This document shows, one piece after another, positions 45,249-56,257 of a stretch of DNA of 64,000 nt. The stretch comes from an uncultured Clostridia bacterium. GTDB lineage: Bacteria > Bacillota > Clostridia > TANB77 > CAG-508. The notes below the pieces were generated by a model. It was not told where the DNA came from. It ran no database searches and saw only the letters and a program-made list of their open reading frames with translations. Where the stretch lies: NCBI GenBank assembly GCA_948735595.1, contig CAPXSA010000028.1, positions 14,397 to 78,396 on the forward strand, given 5' to 3'. A program made the position numbers and the translations under genes. The stretch's first letter is position 1, and the number at the start of each line of letters is the position of its first letter.

Positions 45249-46525
45249 AAACTTATTACCTTTCTTTCTATTACTTCATTTTTTAATAACCTTTGGAAAA
45301 CATTTAAATATTCTTTTTGCAGTTCTTTCTTCAAGTGCCTTGTATCATTTTTATTAATTAACAAATTATACTCGGAATTATTAGAGAGCTTCCCTAAAAT
45401 AGTAAACCCTGAAAAAACATTTTTTAGAATAGAACTATCTATTGAATTTTCGTTATATTTATTGAATAAAATATGAAACTCTTTTTGCGGAATTCCCCAT
45501 TGATTAATATAAATATTTAATAATTTTTTTGCTTTTTTAATTTCAAGCAAATTAGGTTCCACCATAAAAATATTGATGTTACTATTTTTCATAATTTCCT
45601 TAGTATAATCCAAAAAGCATTCTGAAGAAGTATCAATGATAATAACGGTATACTTTTCTTTTAGTTTTGATAAGATGTTCTTTATTTTCACTTTACTAAT
45701 TTGATATTGACCATCAAATAGCAAACTAATTCCTGCAATTAAATCTATTTGGTTATTGATTTTCATAATTAATTCTTCTATTTGTAATGGTTCTAACAAA
45801 TTATTAGATTTTATCTTATTTGCTACCTTTTCTGGATATTTTTTAATTCCTAAAATGGTATGCAAACTATTATTTAACACATCAAAGTCAATAATTAAAA
45901 TTTTGCTTTTGTTCTCCATAAAGGCTTTAGCCAAATTAACGCTAAAAATACTTTTACCTACTCCACTTGTCCCGCTTACACAAATTATTTTAGTCTGTTC
46001 TTGTTTACTCGATGTGTCTTCTTTTTTTACCTTCCCTATTGCTAATAATTTTTTATTCTTTATCTTTTCATTTTTTCTTTGCAAAAATTCTCTTATGCCT
46101 TTTTGATTACTTTCTTTTTCTATTACAAATTGCTTTAATTCTTCTAGTTCTCTTTTCAATTGCTTGTTTTCATTCTCTTCCTTTATTAATTCAATAACTT
46201 TAAAAATCTCGATTTGATTATCATAGAAAATGGAATAAATACCTTTGGCATATAAATAGTTTTCTAATTCTTGATTTTTCTTTTCTAAAAATAAAATAAT
46301 TTGTATATTAGGACTATTCTTTTTTATTTTCTCAATTAATTCTTTTAACTCTATTTCTCCTTGTAGTAATTCACTTAAAATCAAAACATCAACTTGTTTC
46401 TTTTCTAAAACTTCTATAATACCTTCTTTATATGGAATATCTTCTGAAACAACTTCCAAAGTATCTTCTTGCTTTAATTTCTGGTTTAAATTCTGATTAC
46501 CTATTGCCGTCATTACTTTTTTCAT
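45233..46525 (-). CDS. ParA/MinD-type ATPase with an N-terminal receiver-like domain (TadZ/CpaE-like architecture)
   Basis: Deviant Walker A is VSGTSGVGKS in the second half. The first 120 aa have an alternating beta/alpha receiver-like pattern (VDVLILSE...). A coiled-coil linker joins the two parts. Confidence 0.7.
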   Translation of the reverse strand: MKKVMTAIGNQNLNQKLKQEDTLEVVSEDIPYKEGIIEVLEKKQVDVLILSELLQGEIELKELIEKIKKNSPNIQIILFLEKKNQELENYLYAKGIYSIFYDNQIEIFKVIELIKEENENKQLKRELEELKQFVIEKESNQKGIREFLQRKNEKIKNKKLLAIGKVKKEDTSSKQEQTKIICVSGTSGVGKSIFSVNLAKAFMENKSKILIIDFDVLNNSLHTILGIKKYPEKVANKIKSNNLLEPLQIEELIMKINNQIDLIAGISLLFDGQYQISKVKIKNILSKLKEKYTVIIIDTSSECFLDYTKEIMKNSNINIFMVEPNLLEIKKAKKLLNIYINQWGIPQKEFHILFNKYNENSIDSSILKNVFSGFTILGKLSNNSEYNLLINKNDTRHLKKELQKEYLNVFQRLLKNEVIERKVISLWKKS

Positions 46526-46570
46526 TTCTTTCCCCTTCTTTTACTTCTTTTCTCCTTCCTTTGTTTCTTA

Positions 46571-48373
46571 TTATCTTTTTCCTTGAATAATTGCTTGTTC
46601 AAAATCTGCTGCTTCTATTTTTGTTAAAATATGCTCTCCACCTATGAACATCAAACATTCTCCTCTTTTTAGTGATTTTATTTCTACTTTCTCTTTCTCC
46701 GACAAATTTGTATATTGCTCTAATACTTTAATGTTTTCTTCCTCTAGTGAGAAGAAAGTTTTTATTTCTGAGTTATTTAAAATACTTTTTCCATAAGTTC
46801 CATTTTCTAAACTAAATAGGTCTGAAATATCTTGTGTAATTGCTACACTACTTCCACCATATTTTCGAATTGTTTTGAAGATTTTATATATAAAACTTGC
46901 TACTTCCTTATTAGAAGTTACACCAATGAGTCTCCATATTTCATCTAGATAAATTGCCTTTTTCTGAGTTCTGTCTTTTTTTATCTTATCCCAAAATAAA
47001 TCAATGAATAAATACATTCCATACTTTAAGTTTTCCTCTCCTAATTCATAAACATCTGCTATAATAAAAGAGTTATCAAGTTCTATATTCGTATAGTGAT
47101 TAAAAAATTTTAAGGAACCTTTTACAAAAGGAATTAATTTAATTTGAAATTTTTTGGTTCTTTCTTCCTTTCCTAACAATTCATAAAAATCTTGTAAAAT
47201 GGGCATATCATAGGTACTCTTGAAAATTGGTTTTAAAATCACTTTGTTTTCTTCCTTTTTATACAAAGTATTGTCATCAAAAGTAATTCCTTTTTCTTGA
47301 TATAACTCTATTAGTTTTTCTTCCAAAATTGCCTTTTCTTCTTCGTCCAAATTACCAAAAATCAAATTAAAAAAACCTATTAATTTGCTAATTTTATTGA
47401 CTAAATAACCACTTTCCTCTTCTATGCTTTCTTGTCTAATGTCAAACACATTAATGTAAGTATTAGAACTTGGTCCTAGCTTTAACAAAGTTCCATTAAC
47501 TGCATTACATAGAGCACCATATTCTCTATCAGGGTCAATGACATATTGTTCTATTCCAAGTAAACGATTTCTTAAAATTAATAATTTTGTGTAAAATGAC
47601 TTTCCTGCTCCACTTGTTCCAAAAATGCACATATTTGCATTTTTATATTTCTGCGAATTATATCTATCTAGAAATACTAAAGAATTATTATAAATATTAG
47701 TACCTATGAAAATTCCCTCTTCATCAAAAATAGCAGATGAAATAAATGGATAGGTTGCAACTAGCCCACTTGTTAGAATATTCCTCTTTGCTGCTGACTT
47801 TAGGTCTAATGAATTCTGCATAATAGGAAGAGAAGATAAAAAAGCTTGCTCTTGCCTAAAATAGGCCCTTCTCGTTTGCATTCCCTTGCTTTGTAAAATT
47901 CCTTCTAATTTATTTAACAAATATTCTAAATCTTTTATATTACTAGCAAATGTAGTTACATAGATATAAAGAAAATATAATTCTTCATTATTGACTTGCA
48001 TTTCTTTTCGAATATATTTTGCGTCATTATAAGTAAATGCTGCAATATCAATATCTTGCCTATTGGGGTTGTTTGTCTTTAAGTCTACACCCACATTTCC
48101 AATATGATATGTTAAATCGCGAATGGTTTTATAGGTATCTTGTTTTTCATAAAAAATAGAAATATTTAAATTGATGTTGGTGTCAATAATAGATTTTAAA
48201 ATTAATTCTGTTTGCTCTCGAAAATAATTGACAATAATTAAAGTAGAATAATAATTGTTATCGATTTCAATATATTTTGGATTCATTAAATTAATATAGG
48301 CGGGAGCAATTTCATCTTTTTGTGTTATCACTCCACTTAAGAAATCTGTTTTCTGTTTTCGTACTGGCTTCAT
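46571..48373 (-). CDS. VirB4/TraE-like T4SS ATPase, C-terminal about three quarters (split gene or pseudogene)
   Basis: Walker A FGTSGAGKSF. Walker B AIYLDEIW. ITQDISD. There is no SD before the ATG. Its frame is open 57 nt further upstream. Confidence 0.75.
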   Translation of the reverse strand: MKPVRKQKTDFLSGVITQKDEIAPAYINLMNPKYIEIDNNYYSTLIIVNYFREQTELILKSIIDTNINLNISIFYEKQDTYKTIRDLTYHIGNVGVDLKTNNPNRQDIDIAAFTYNDAKYIRKEMQVNNEELYFLYIYVTTFASNIKDLEYLLNKLEGILQSKGMQTRRAYFRQEQAFLSSLPIMQNSLDLKSAAKRNILTSGLVATYPFISSAIFDEEGIFIGTNIYNNSLVFLDRYNSQKYKNANMCIFGTSGAGKSFYTKLLILRNRLLGIEQYVIDPDREYGALCNAVNGTLLKLGPSSNTYINVFDIRQESIEEESGYLVNKISKLIGFFNLIFGNLDEEEKAILEEKLIELYQEKGITFDDNTLYKKEENKVILKPIFKSTYDMPILQDFYELLGKEERTKKFQIKLIPFVKGSLKFFNHYTNIELDNSFIIADVYELGEENLKYGMYLFIDLFWDKIKKDRTQKKAIYLDEIWRLIGVTSNKEVASFIYKIFKTIRKYGGSSVAITQDISDLFSLENGTYGKSILNNSEIKTFFSLEEENIKVLEQYTNLSEKEKVEIKSLKRGECLMFIGGEHILTKIEAADFEQAIIQGKR

Positions 48374-48450
48374 AAAAGCAATTTGTTTTTGCAGTTCTTC
48401 TAATATTTTTAAAATGTTCTCACCTTCTTTTTAGGGGCAATATAGCACTC

Positions 48451-49023
48451 TTAAATTTGACTAAAATAAATTCTTGTATTTAAAAAGGAAAATAAAATAA
48501 AAAGCATTTCTTTTTGCTGATTAAAATCAGTTACGATATTTCCACATCTTGATAGACAGTCTTTTATCTTAAAGTATTTATCATTTAAGTCCTCTATTGC
48601 ATATTCTTCAAATTCTGTTATTTCTCTATTTTCATTTCTGTATTTTAAAATAATATAAAAGTTTTTGGAAGATGACTTTTTGTCATGATTTAAATTTTGA
48701 ATGTACTCTATATATTGTTTAGAAATCTCTTGGATATTTTTATCTTCTTGAATGGAATTTTGATTGACTGCTTGAATGTGCTTACTTAAATCTTCTTTAT
48801 TACTTTGAATTAATATTTGAAAATTGAAATTACAAGTTTTTAGAAATAATTTATAGGAATTTAAAATTGCCTCTTTTTCTAATTCTGATTTTAAATTAAA
48901 GTTAATCGGTTTGATTTTGATAATTTTAATATAGGTGTTGTCTTTTAACTGAATGATTCCGTTTTCTAATATTCTTTGAATAGGAAGCCATTCTTGGACT
49001 GATTTACTTTTTTGATTTTCCAT
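48451..49023 (-). CDS. N-terminal domain of the VirB4/TraE-like T4SS ATPase, encoded as a separate 190-aa ORF
   Basis: AAAGGAGG RBS. VQEWLPIQRILENGIIQLKDNTYIKIIKIKPINFNLKS is the typical N-terminus of Gram-positive VirB4 homologues. It is in a different frame from 46571-48373. Confidence 0.7.
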   Translation of the reverse strand: MENQKSKSVQEWLPIQRILENGIIQLKDNTYIKIIKIKPINFNLKSELEKEAILNSYKLFLKTCNFNFQILIQSNKEDLSKHIQAVNQNSIQEDKNIQEISKQYIEYIQNLNHDKKSSSKNFYIILKYRNENREITEFEEYAIEDLNDKYFKIKDCLSRCGNIVTDFNQQKEMLFILFSFLNTRIYFSQI

Positions 49024-49187
49024 TTTCCTCCTTTACCACTTAAGTTTCTTATTGACTTAATCACTGTTCATGAACAAATTCTATTTTTATGTTACTCCCA
49101 TCGTCAAAAAATGTCAAGAAAAATCGCATGACAAAATTCGACACAAAAACTTACATTTATTGATATGTATACATTTTAGCCATAGAA

Positions 49188-49214
49188 AAAAGTCAAGATA
49201 TATTCTTGACTTTT
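49188..49214. terminator. Bidirectional terminator after the 49224-49631 gene
   Basis: 11 bp stem AAAAGTCAAGA/TCTTGACTTTT with a 5 nt loop and flanking A/T runs. Confidence 0.75.
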
Positions 49215-49223
49215 TATCATATT

Positions 49224-49631
49224 TTATATTAAGTCTAAATTTCCGTGAAGAACAACTGGAGAAAATCCTGAAATTTCATCATATAACATTCCTTCTGGAA
49301 TATCGTTATATAAATAAATTTTTTTATCTGCCATAAACGCTTCATATAATTCTATAAAAGTTGCTCCTCCAATATAATTTTTCTTTCCATTTTTGTCAAA
49401 ATTTAATGTTACAACTGCATCCATACTTTTTATTTTTTCAGCACTCATTTTAAACATTCTTGCCTTAAATTCAGCATGTTCTTTTTCTCCTAAATTCCAA
49501 GCTTCTTGTTCAGCTTCTTCATGTCCATAGCTATTTGGTAAAAATATTTCATGACCTTTTGCTTCTAATCTTTCTTTAATTGGTGGAATATCTTTATAAA
49601 AAGCTTTACTACAAATAATAAATATTTTCAT
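49224..49631 (-). CDS. Hypothetical protein (135 aa), possibly with a nucleoside 2-deoxyribosyltransferase-like fold
   Basis: Start set at ATG 49631 (MKIFIICSK...). The pattern looks like a flavodoxin-like alpha/beta fold. The family assignment is weak. Confidence 0.5.
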   Translation of the reverse strand: MKIFIICSKAFYKDIPPIKERLEAKGHEIFLPNSYGHEEAEQEAWNLGEKEHAEFKARMFKMSAEKIKSMDAVVTLNFDKNGKKNYIGGATFIELYEAFMADKKIYLYNDIPEGMLYDEISGFSPVVLHGNLDLI

Positions 49632-50160
49632 TTTTATTATTTCCTTTCTTACTCTTTTTATCATTAAATCACAATTTCCAAATTTTGTCCATATAAATAA
49701 AATTAAATTTTGAATAATAAAAAAGAATTATGACATAATAAGAATATAAGGTTAATATTAGTTGAAATAAGAGTTTTATGAGGTCCTTTTATGGGTTTTA
49801 TAAAGTTCGAGCAAAGATTTATGATTGCTTAAAAGAACTTTAGGTAATGATAGGTCGGCGATGAGAATATAAAATTTGTATTTAAGCTATATCGATTTTA
49901 TTTTCGTTATTTTAATAAAAATAGAATAATAATATATGGTTGAAAATAGAGGTTTTATATTCGAAGTTAAGATTATTCTTGCATTTTTTTAGTGATTGTT
50001 ATTAGTCCTTTTAGGATGAATATAGTTATTATGTGTGCATTTGTAGTCGAGCAACTGATCTGTTTATTTGGTGTATAGTTTATTTGTGCAGTAATGTACA
50101 TTAGATTAAAAATTCGGTAAATAGGTTTTAGCTGAAGATTAATATTAGCTTTATTCGATA

Positions 50161-50192
50161 ATAGCAGGTAAGGTTTCCTCCTTACCTGCTAT
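50161..50192 (-). terminator. 13 bp-stem hairpin 3 nt after the gyrB stop
   Basis: ATAGCAGGTAAGG/CCTTACCTGCTAT with a 6 nt loop. There is no clear U tract on the - strand, so it could be a stabiliser rather than a terminator. Confidence 0.5.
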
Positions 50193-50195
50193 TAA

Positions 50196-52127
<1,932 letters not shown>

Positions 52128-52188
52128 TTAAAACCTCCGTGTTTTCTTATCACATCTTATCACTAATTGCTTTATTTTTGCAAGCTTT

Positions 52189-53265
52189 TTAATTTACTTT
52201 TCCCTTTTTCACTTGAAACAACTGATAGTCTTTTCCTAACTCTAATTTTTCTAGTTCCATTTTATCTGTACAAGTAATAATCACTTGTGTTTCTTGGATA
52301 TATTGTAAGAAACTTTTTCTTCTTTTCTCATCTAATTCAGACATAAAATCATCTAATAGTAAGATAGGAAACTCCCCTACTTCTTGCTCAATAACATAGA
52401 GTTCTGCTATTTTTAGTGTTAATATCGCTGTCCTATTCTGTCCTTGAGAACCATAAATTCCAATTTCTTTGTCATTAATAAACACTTGAAAATCATCTCT
52501 ATGAATACCTTTTGTTGTAAAGCCTTTGATAATATCTAATTTCCTTCTTTGTTTTAATAATTCTATATATTTTTCCTTTTGGTCACATTCTGTTAAATAA
52601 TTTAACGTTAATTCCTCATAATTTTCTGTTATTTTGGGATGAATTTTGGCTACTTGTTCTTTTATCTTCTCCATAAATTCTCTTCTGTAACTGCAAATAA
52701 TCTCTGCATATTCGGCTAATTTCTCATCCCAAATTTCTAACATTTCTTCTGGTTTATGTTCTTCTTGTATTTGTCTTAAATATTGATTTCGTTGCTCTAA
52801 AGTTTTCAAATAATTATTTAAGTTATGCACATAATTAGGTCTAAGCTGTCCTATCATCATATCTAAAAAGCGACGCCTTTCTGCAGGCCCATTTTTTAAT
52901 ATTTGAATATCATCTGGTGTAAAAATGACTAAATTTAAGTTTCCTATTAATTCACTTAATTTCTTAATCTTTACCCCATTTACTTCTATTTGTTTTTTAG
53001 ATGCAATTTGTATTTTTATTTTTCCATCTCTATCTGACTTTTGATACCAAATTCCTACTTCTAAAAAATCTTTTTGCAATTCTATCATTTCCTTTTCTTT
53101 AGAAGTACGAAAGGATTTTCCAAAGCCTCCTAGAAAAACAGCTTCTAATATATTCGTTTTTCCTTGTGCATTGTCCCCATAAAAAATATTGATATGTGGA
53201 TTTAAAGTTATCTCCTGCTCTTCATAATTGCGAAAATTCTTTAATCTTAATTGTGTAATATTCAT
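52189..53265 (-). CDS. recF: DNA replication and repair protein RecF
   Basis: Start at ATG 53265 (MNITQLRLKNFRNYEE). Walker A GDNAQGKTNILEA. Signature GSQGQNRT. Walker B LLLDDF. Confidence 0.9.
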   Translation of the reverse strand: MNITQLRLKNFRNYEEQEITLNPHINIFYGDNAQGKTNILEAVFLGGFGKSFRTSKEKEMIELQKDFLEVGIWYQKSDRDGKIKIQIASKKQIEVNGVKIKKLSELIGNLNLVIFTPDDIQILKNGPAERRRFLDMMIGQLRPNYVHNLNNYLKTLEQRNQYLRQIQEEHKPEEMLEIWDEKLAEYAEIICSYRREFMEKIKEQVAKIHPKITENYEELTLNYLTECDQKEKYIELLKQRRKLDIIKGFTTKGIHRDDFQVFINDKEIGIYGSQGQNRTAILTLKIAELYVIEQEVGEFPILLLDDFMSELDEKRRKSFLQYIQETQVIITCTDKMELEKLELGKDYQLFQVKKGKVN

Positions 53266-53399
53266 TTTTATCTTAATTTTGAAAAGAATTAGTATATTTG
53301 CTAGGCACACAAGTTAAAAGTCTATGAGGCGTGCTTTTTGCACGTTGATTAGATTTTTAATGAAGTGTAACAACGCAAGATACTGATTATTTTTCAAAA

Positions 53400-54518
53400 T
53401 TACTCCTTCATTCTAATTGGCAATACCATATAAATATAATCTCCATTTTCTTCTGTTGGTCTAACAATACATGGTGAAATGCTTGTACCAAAATCAATGA
53501 AAACTTCTGGATCATCAATCGCACGTAAAGCGTCTAAGAAATATTTTGGATTAAATCCTGCTTCTAAGTTTTGTCCTTCTGTCTCCACAAACATTTCCTC
53601 TTTTGCATCTCCTGTTTGGTTTGTACAAGAAATAGTCACTTTTCCTATCTCTACATTTACTTTAACAGGATACTTTTTCTCTTTTTCTATACTAGATGCT
53701 GAAATTAAACTTACCCTCTCAAAGCAATTCTGAAGTGAATTTTTATCCACTCTAATTCTTGTTTCCCAGTTTTCAGGAATGACACTTGCATAATTCAAAA
53801 ATTCTCCATCTAATAAACGAGTAACAATTTTACAATTTTCCATTTCAAATAAGGCTTGATTTTTAGCAACGCCTATTTTAATCACATCAAATGAATCTGT
53901 TAAAATTTTATTAATTTCATTTAATGTTCTTCCTGGAATAACAGCAGAAAAATCATTTACCTCTGTTTCTAAATATCTACTCTTCCAAGCAAGTCTAAAT
54001 CCGTCAACTGCTACCACATTTAATTTGTTGTTTTTAATTTCAAATAAACAACCTGTAAAGATAGGTCTATTTTCCTCAGTACTAACTGCAAAAATTGTTT
54101 TTCTAACCATATCTTTTAAACTATTTTGCTCCATTTGAATAGAATTTTCAATATCGATTTTAGGAAGTTCTGGAAATTCTTCTGGGTTCATCGTTGCAAG
54201 TTTATATAAGGAACCTTCACATTCGATTACTAATAAATTATTTTCATTAATTGTAATGTGAATTTCACTATCAGGAAGTCTTCTAATAATTTCACTAAAC
54301 ATAATTGCATTAACTACTGTTGCACCTTGTTCTTGTACTTCACATTCCATAATATATTCTATACCTATTTCTAAATCATAAGTAGTAAATTTAATTTGGT
54401 TATCATTGGTTTGAATTAAGATTCCTTCTAATATAGGCATTGTTGTTTTAGAAGCAACCGCTTTTGTTACGGAATTAATAGCTTTAAGGATTATATCCTT
54501 GTCACAAACAATTTTCAT
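53400..54518 (-). CDS. dnaN: DNA polymerase III beta sliding clamp
   Basis: Start at ATG 54518 (MKIVCDKD...), after AAGGAGA. The longer listed ORF runs into the origin repeats. Confidence 0.9.
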   Translation of the reverse strand: MKIVCDKDIILKAINSVTKAVASKTTMPILEGILIQTNDNQIKFTTYDLEIGIEYIMECEVQEQGATVVNAIMFSEIIRRLPDSEIHITINENNLLVIECEGSLYKLATMNPEEFPELPKIDIENSIQMEQNSLKDMVRKTIFAVSTEENRPIFTGCLFEIKNNKLNVVAVDGFRLAWKSRYLETEVNDFSAVIPGRTLNEINKILTDSFDVIKIGVAKNQALFEMENCKIVTRLLDGEFLNYASVIPENWETRIRVDKNSLQNCFERVSLISASSIEKEKKYPVKVNVEIGKVTISCTNQTGDAKEEMFVETEGQNLEAGFNPKYFLDALRAIDDPEVFIDFGTSISPCIVRPTEENGDYIYMVLPIRMKE

Positions 54519-54841
54519 ATTTGTTTCGTCTCCTTTTTTATATATTAAATAAATATATTTAGTAGTAGTAATAGTAGGTATTGTGGATTTTGTGGAAAAG
54601 TACTTCAAATCCTTTTATCCGTAGTAAAATTTTTGGTGATAAATTTGTGGACAAATTGAAAAGTTATTTACAGTTTCCATTTTCTTCTGTGGAAAAGAGT
54701 TTATTAACATGTTATCAACAAGAAATTCACAGGCAATTGTGGATATTCTATGTAAGGCTTCCGTAAGAAAAGATTGGATTTGCTTTTTCGAACAGTTTTT
54801 TTACAAAACACAAATTTTAAAAAATCTTTCTTTCCTTAGAT
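54519..54841. promoter_or_regulatory. oriC: oriC, dnaA-dnaN intergenic part: AT-rich unwinding region, DnaA-trio run and at least 7 DnaA-box-like 9-mers
   Basis: Boxes relative to TTATCCACA/TGTGGATAA: 54582-54590 (2 mismatches), 54591-54599 (1), 54615-54623 (2), 54646-54654 (1), 54688-54696 (1), 54712-54720 (1), 54738-54746 (1). The AT-rich block is 54519-54559. Confidence 0.85.
54560..54577 (+). repeat. DnaA-trio-like element TAG TAG TAG TAA TAG TAG
   Basis: Six consecutive TAG/TAA triplets end 4 nt before two tandem DnaA boxes. This matches the arrangement described for B. subtilis oriC. Confidence 0.7.
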
Positions 54842-56203
54842 CTAATTATCATTGTCAGAGAAGAGTGAGTTTTTCACAGTTTCCACAATTAATTTTGTAT
54901 TAGAATTTTCTTTCATTTCTTTTTCTATTTTATCACAAGCATGCATTACTGTTGAATGGTCTCTTTTTCCAAAAGCTTGTCCTATCTTAGGAAAGGAAAT
55001 TTGTGCTACATTTTTACATAAGTACATAGCAACTTGCCTTGGGAAAACAACATCTACTGACCTTCTAGAACCTTTCAAATCCTCTAAGGTAATGTCAAAA
55101 TATTTGGACACTACTTCTTGTATATATTCTACAGAAAGAACTTTATTTTTATGCGATACAACATCTGCAATAGCATCTTCTGATAAAGCAATACTAAATG
55201 GCTGATTTTTTAATTTTGAAGTGGCCACTAATTTATTCAGAACCCCTTCTAGTTCTCTAATATTGGTATCTATTTTTGTTGCAATATTAGATAAAATATC
55301 ATTATCAATAATCAATCCATCTAATTGTGCCTTCTTTTGTAAAATGGCCATACGTGTTTCATAATCAGGATTTGAAATATCTGCAATTAACCCCCATTCA
55401 AAACGTGTTCTTACACGATCTTCTAATGGCTGTATATCTCTAGGAGGTCTATCACTAGAAAGAATAATTTGTTTTCCGGCAGAGTGAAGTTCATTAAAAG
55501 TATGAAAGAACTCTTCTTGATTACTCTTTCTGCCTGCTAAAAATTGAATATCGTCAATTAATAAAACATCAATGTTGCGATATTTGGCACGAAAATTTTC
55601 CATTTTTCCTTCTTTAATACCAGCAATTAAATCATTGTTAAATTGTTCAGAAGTAACATATAAAATATTAGCATTTGTATTATGTTTTAATATCTCATTT
55701 CCAATAGAGTGCATTAGGTGAGTCTTTCCAAGACCGACACCACCATATAAAAATAATGGATTATATGCTGTTCCGGGAGCTTCAGATACTGCAAGTGCTG
55801 CAGCGTGTGCAAAGCGGTTATTCTCTCCCACGACAAAACTATCAAAAGTATATTTGGGATTTAAATTAGATTTATTATATAGAAGACCCATTGGACGATT
55901 TTGCATATGATTTGCAAGATTACTACTTGACATTTCGAAATTTGGATCCACAGAATGACAAGTAATTACAATAGTATAATCAATATTGGTTAAAAATGCA
56001 AAAGTGCTTTGAATCAGTGGAAGGTATCTTCCCTCTATCATATTTTGATGTACATCAGAAGCAACAGATAAAGTAATTGTTGTATTTTCAACGGAATCAA
56101 TTTGGATTGGCTGTATCCATGTTGTGTAAGCGATAGGTGTTAGTTCAGGTACTAATAGTTCTTTTGCTTTAGTAAGTAGTTCATTCATTTCTGCTCTTTG
56201 CAT
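54842..56203 (-). CDS. dnaA: Chromosomal replication initiator DnaA
   Basis: GGVGLGKTHLMH, DDIQFLAG, and the C-terminal HTH HSTVMHACDKI. Start chosen at ATG 56203, 9 nt after GGAAGG. The listed ATG 56212 abuts the RBS, and ATG 56188 is also possible. Confidence 0.9.
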   Translation of the reverse strand: MQRAEMNELLTKAKELLVPELTPIAYTTWIQPIQIDSVENTTITLSVASDVHQNMIEGRYLPLIQSTFAFLTNIDYTIVITCHSVDPNFEMSSSNLANHMQNRPMGLLYNKSNLNPKYTFDSFVVGENNRFAHAAALAVSEAPGTAYNPLFLYGGVGLGKTHLMHSIGNEILKHNTNANILYVTSEQFNNDLIAGIKEGKMENFRAKYRNIDVLLIDDIQFLAGRKSNQEEFFHTFNELHSAGKQIILSSDRPPRDIQPLEDRVRTRFEWGLIADISNPDYETRMAILQKKAQLDGLIIDNDILSNIATKIDTNIRELEGVLNKLVATSKLKNQPFSIALSEDAIADVVSHKNKVLSVEYIQEVVSKYFDITLEDLKGSRRSVDVVFPRQVAMYLCKNVAQISFPKIGQAFGKRDHSTVMHACDKIEKEMKENSNTKLIVETVKNSLFSDNDN

Positions 56204-56257
56204 TTTCTTCATCCTTCCAGTAAATTTTTAAGTTATTTTTGAAATGATTATGTTTAG

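Noticed and set aside
49070-49336. An 88-aa + strand ORF.
   Set aside because: It overlaps a terminator hairpin and the 3' end of the better-supported - strand gene 49224-49631, and it has no RBS.
54519-54608. A 30-codon N-terminal extension of the dnaN ORF.
   Set aside because: The extension covers the DnaA boxes, the DnaA-trio and the AT-rich unwinding region. An internal ATG at 54518 has a good AAGGAGA RBS and gives the canonical MKI... start.
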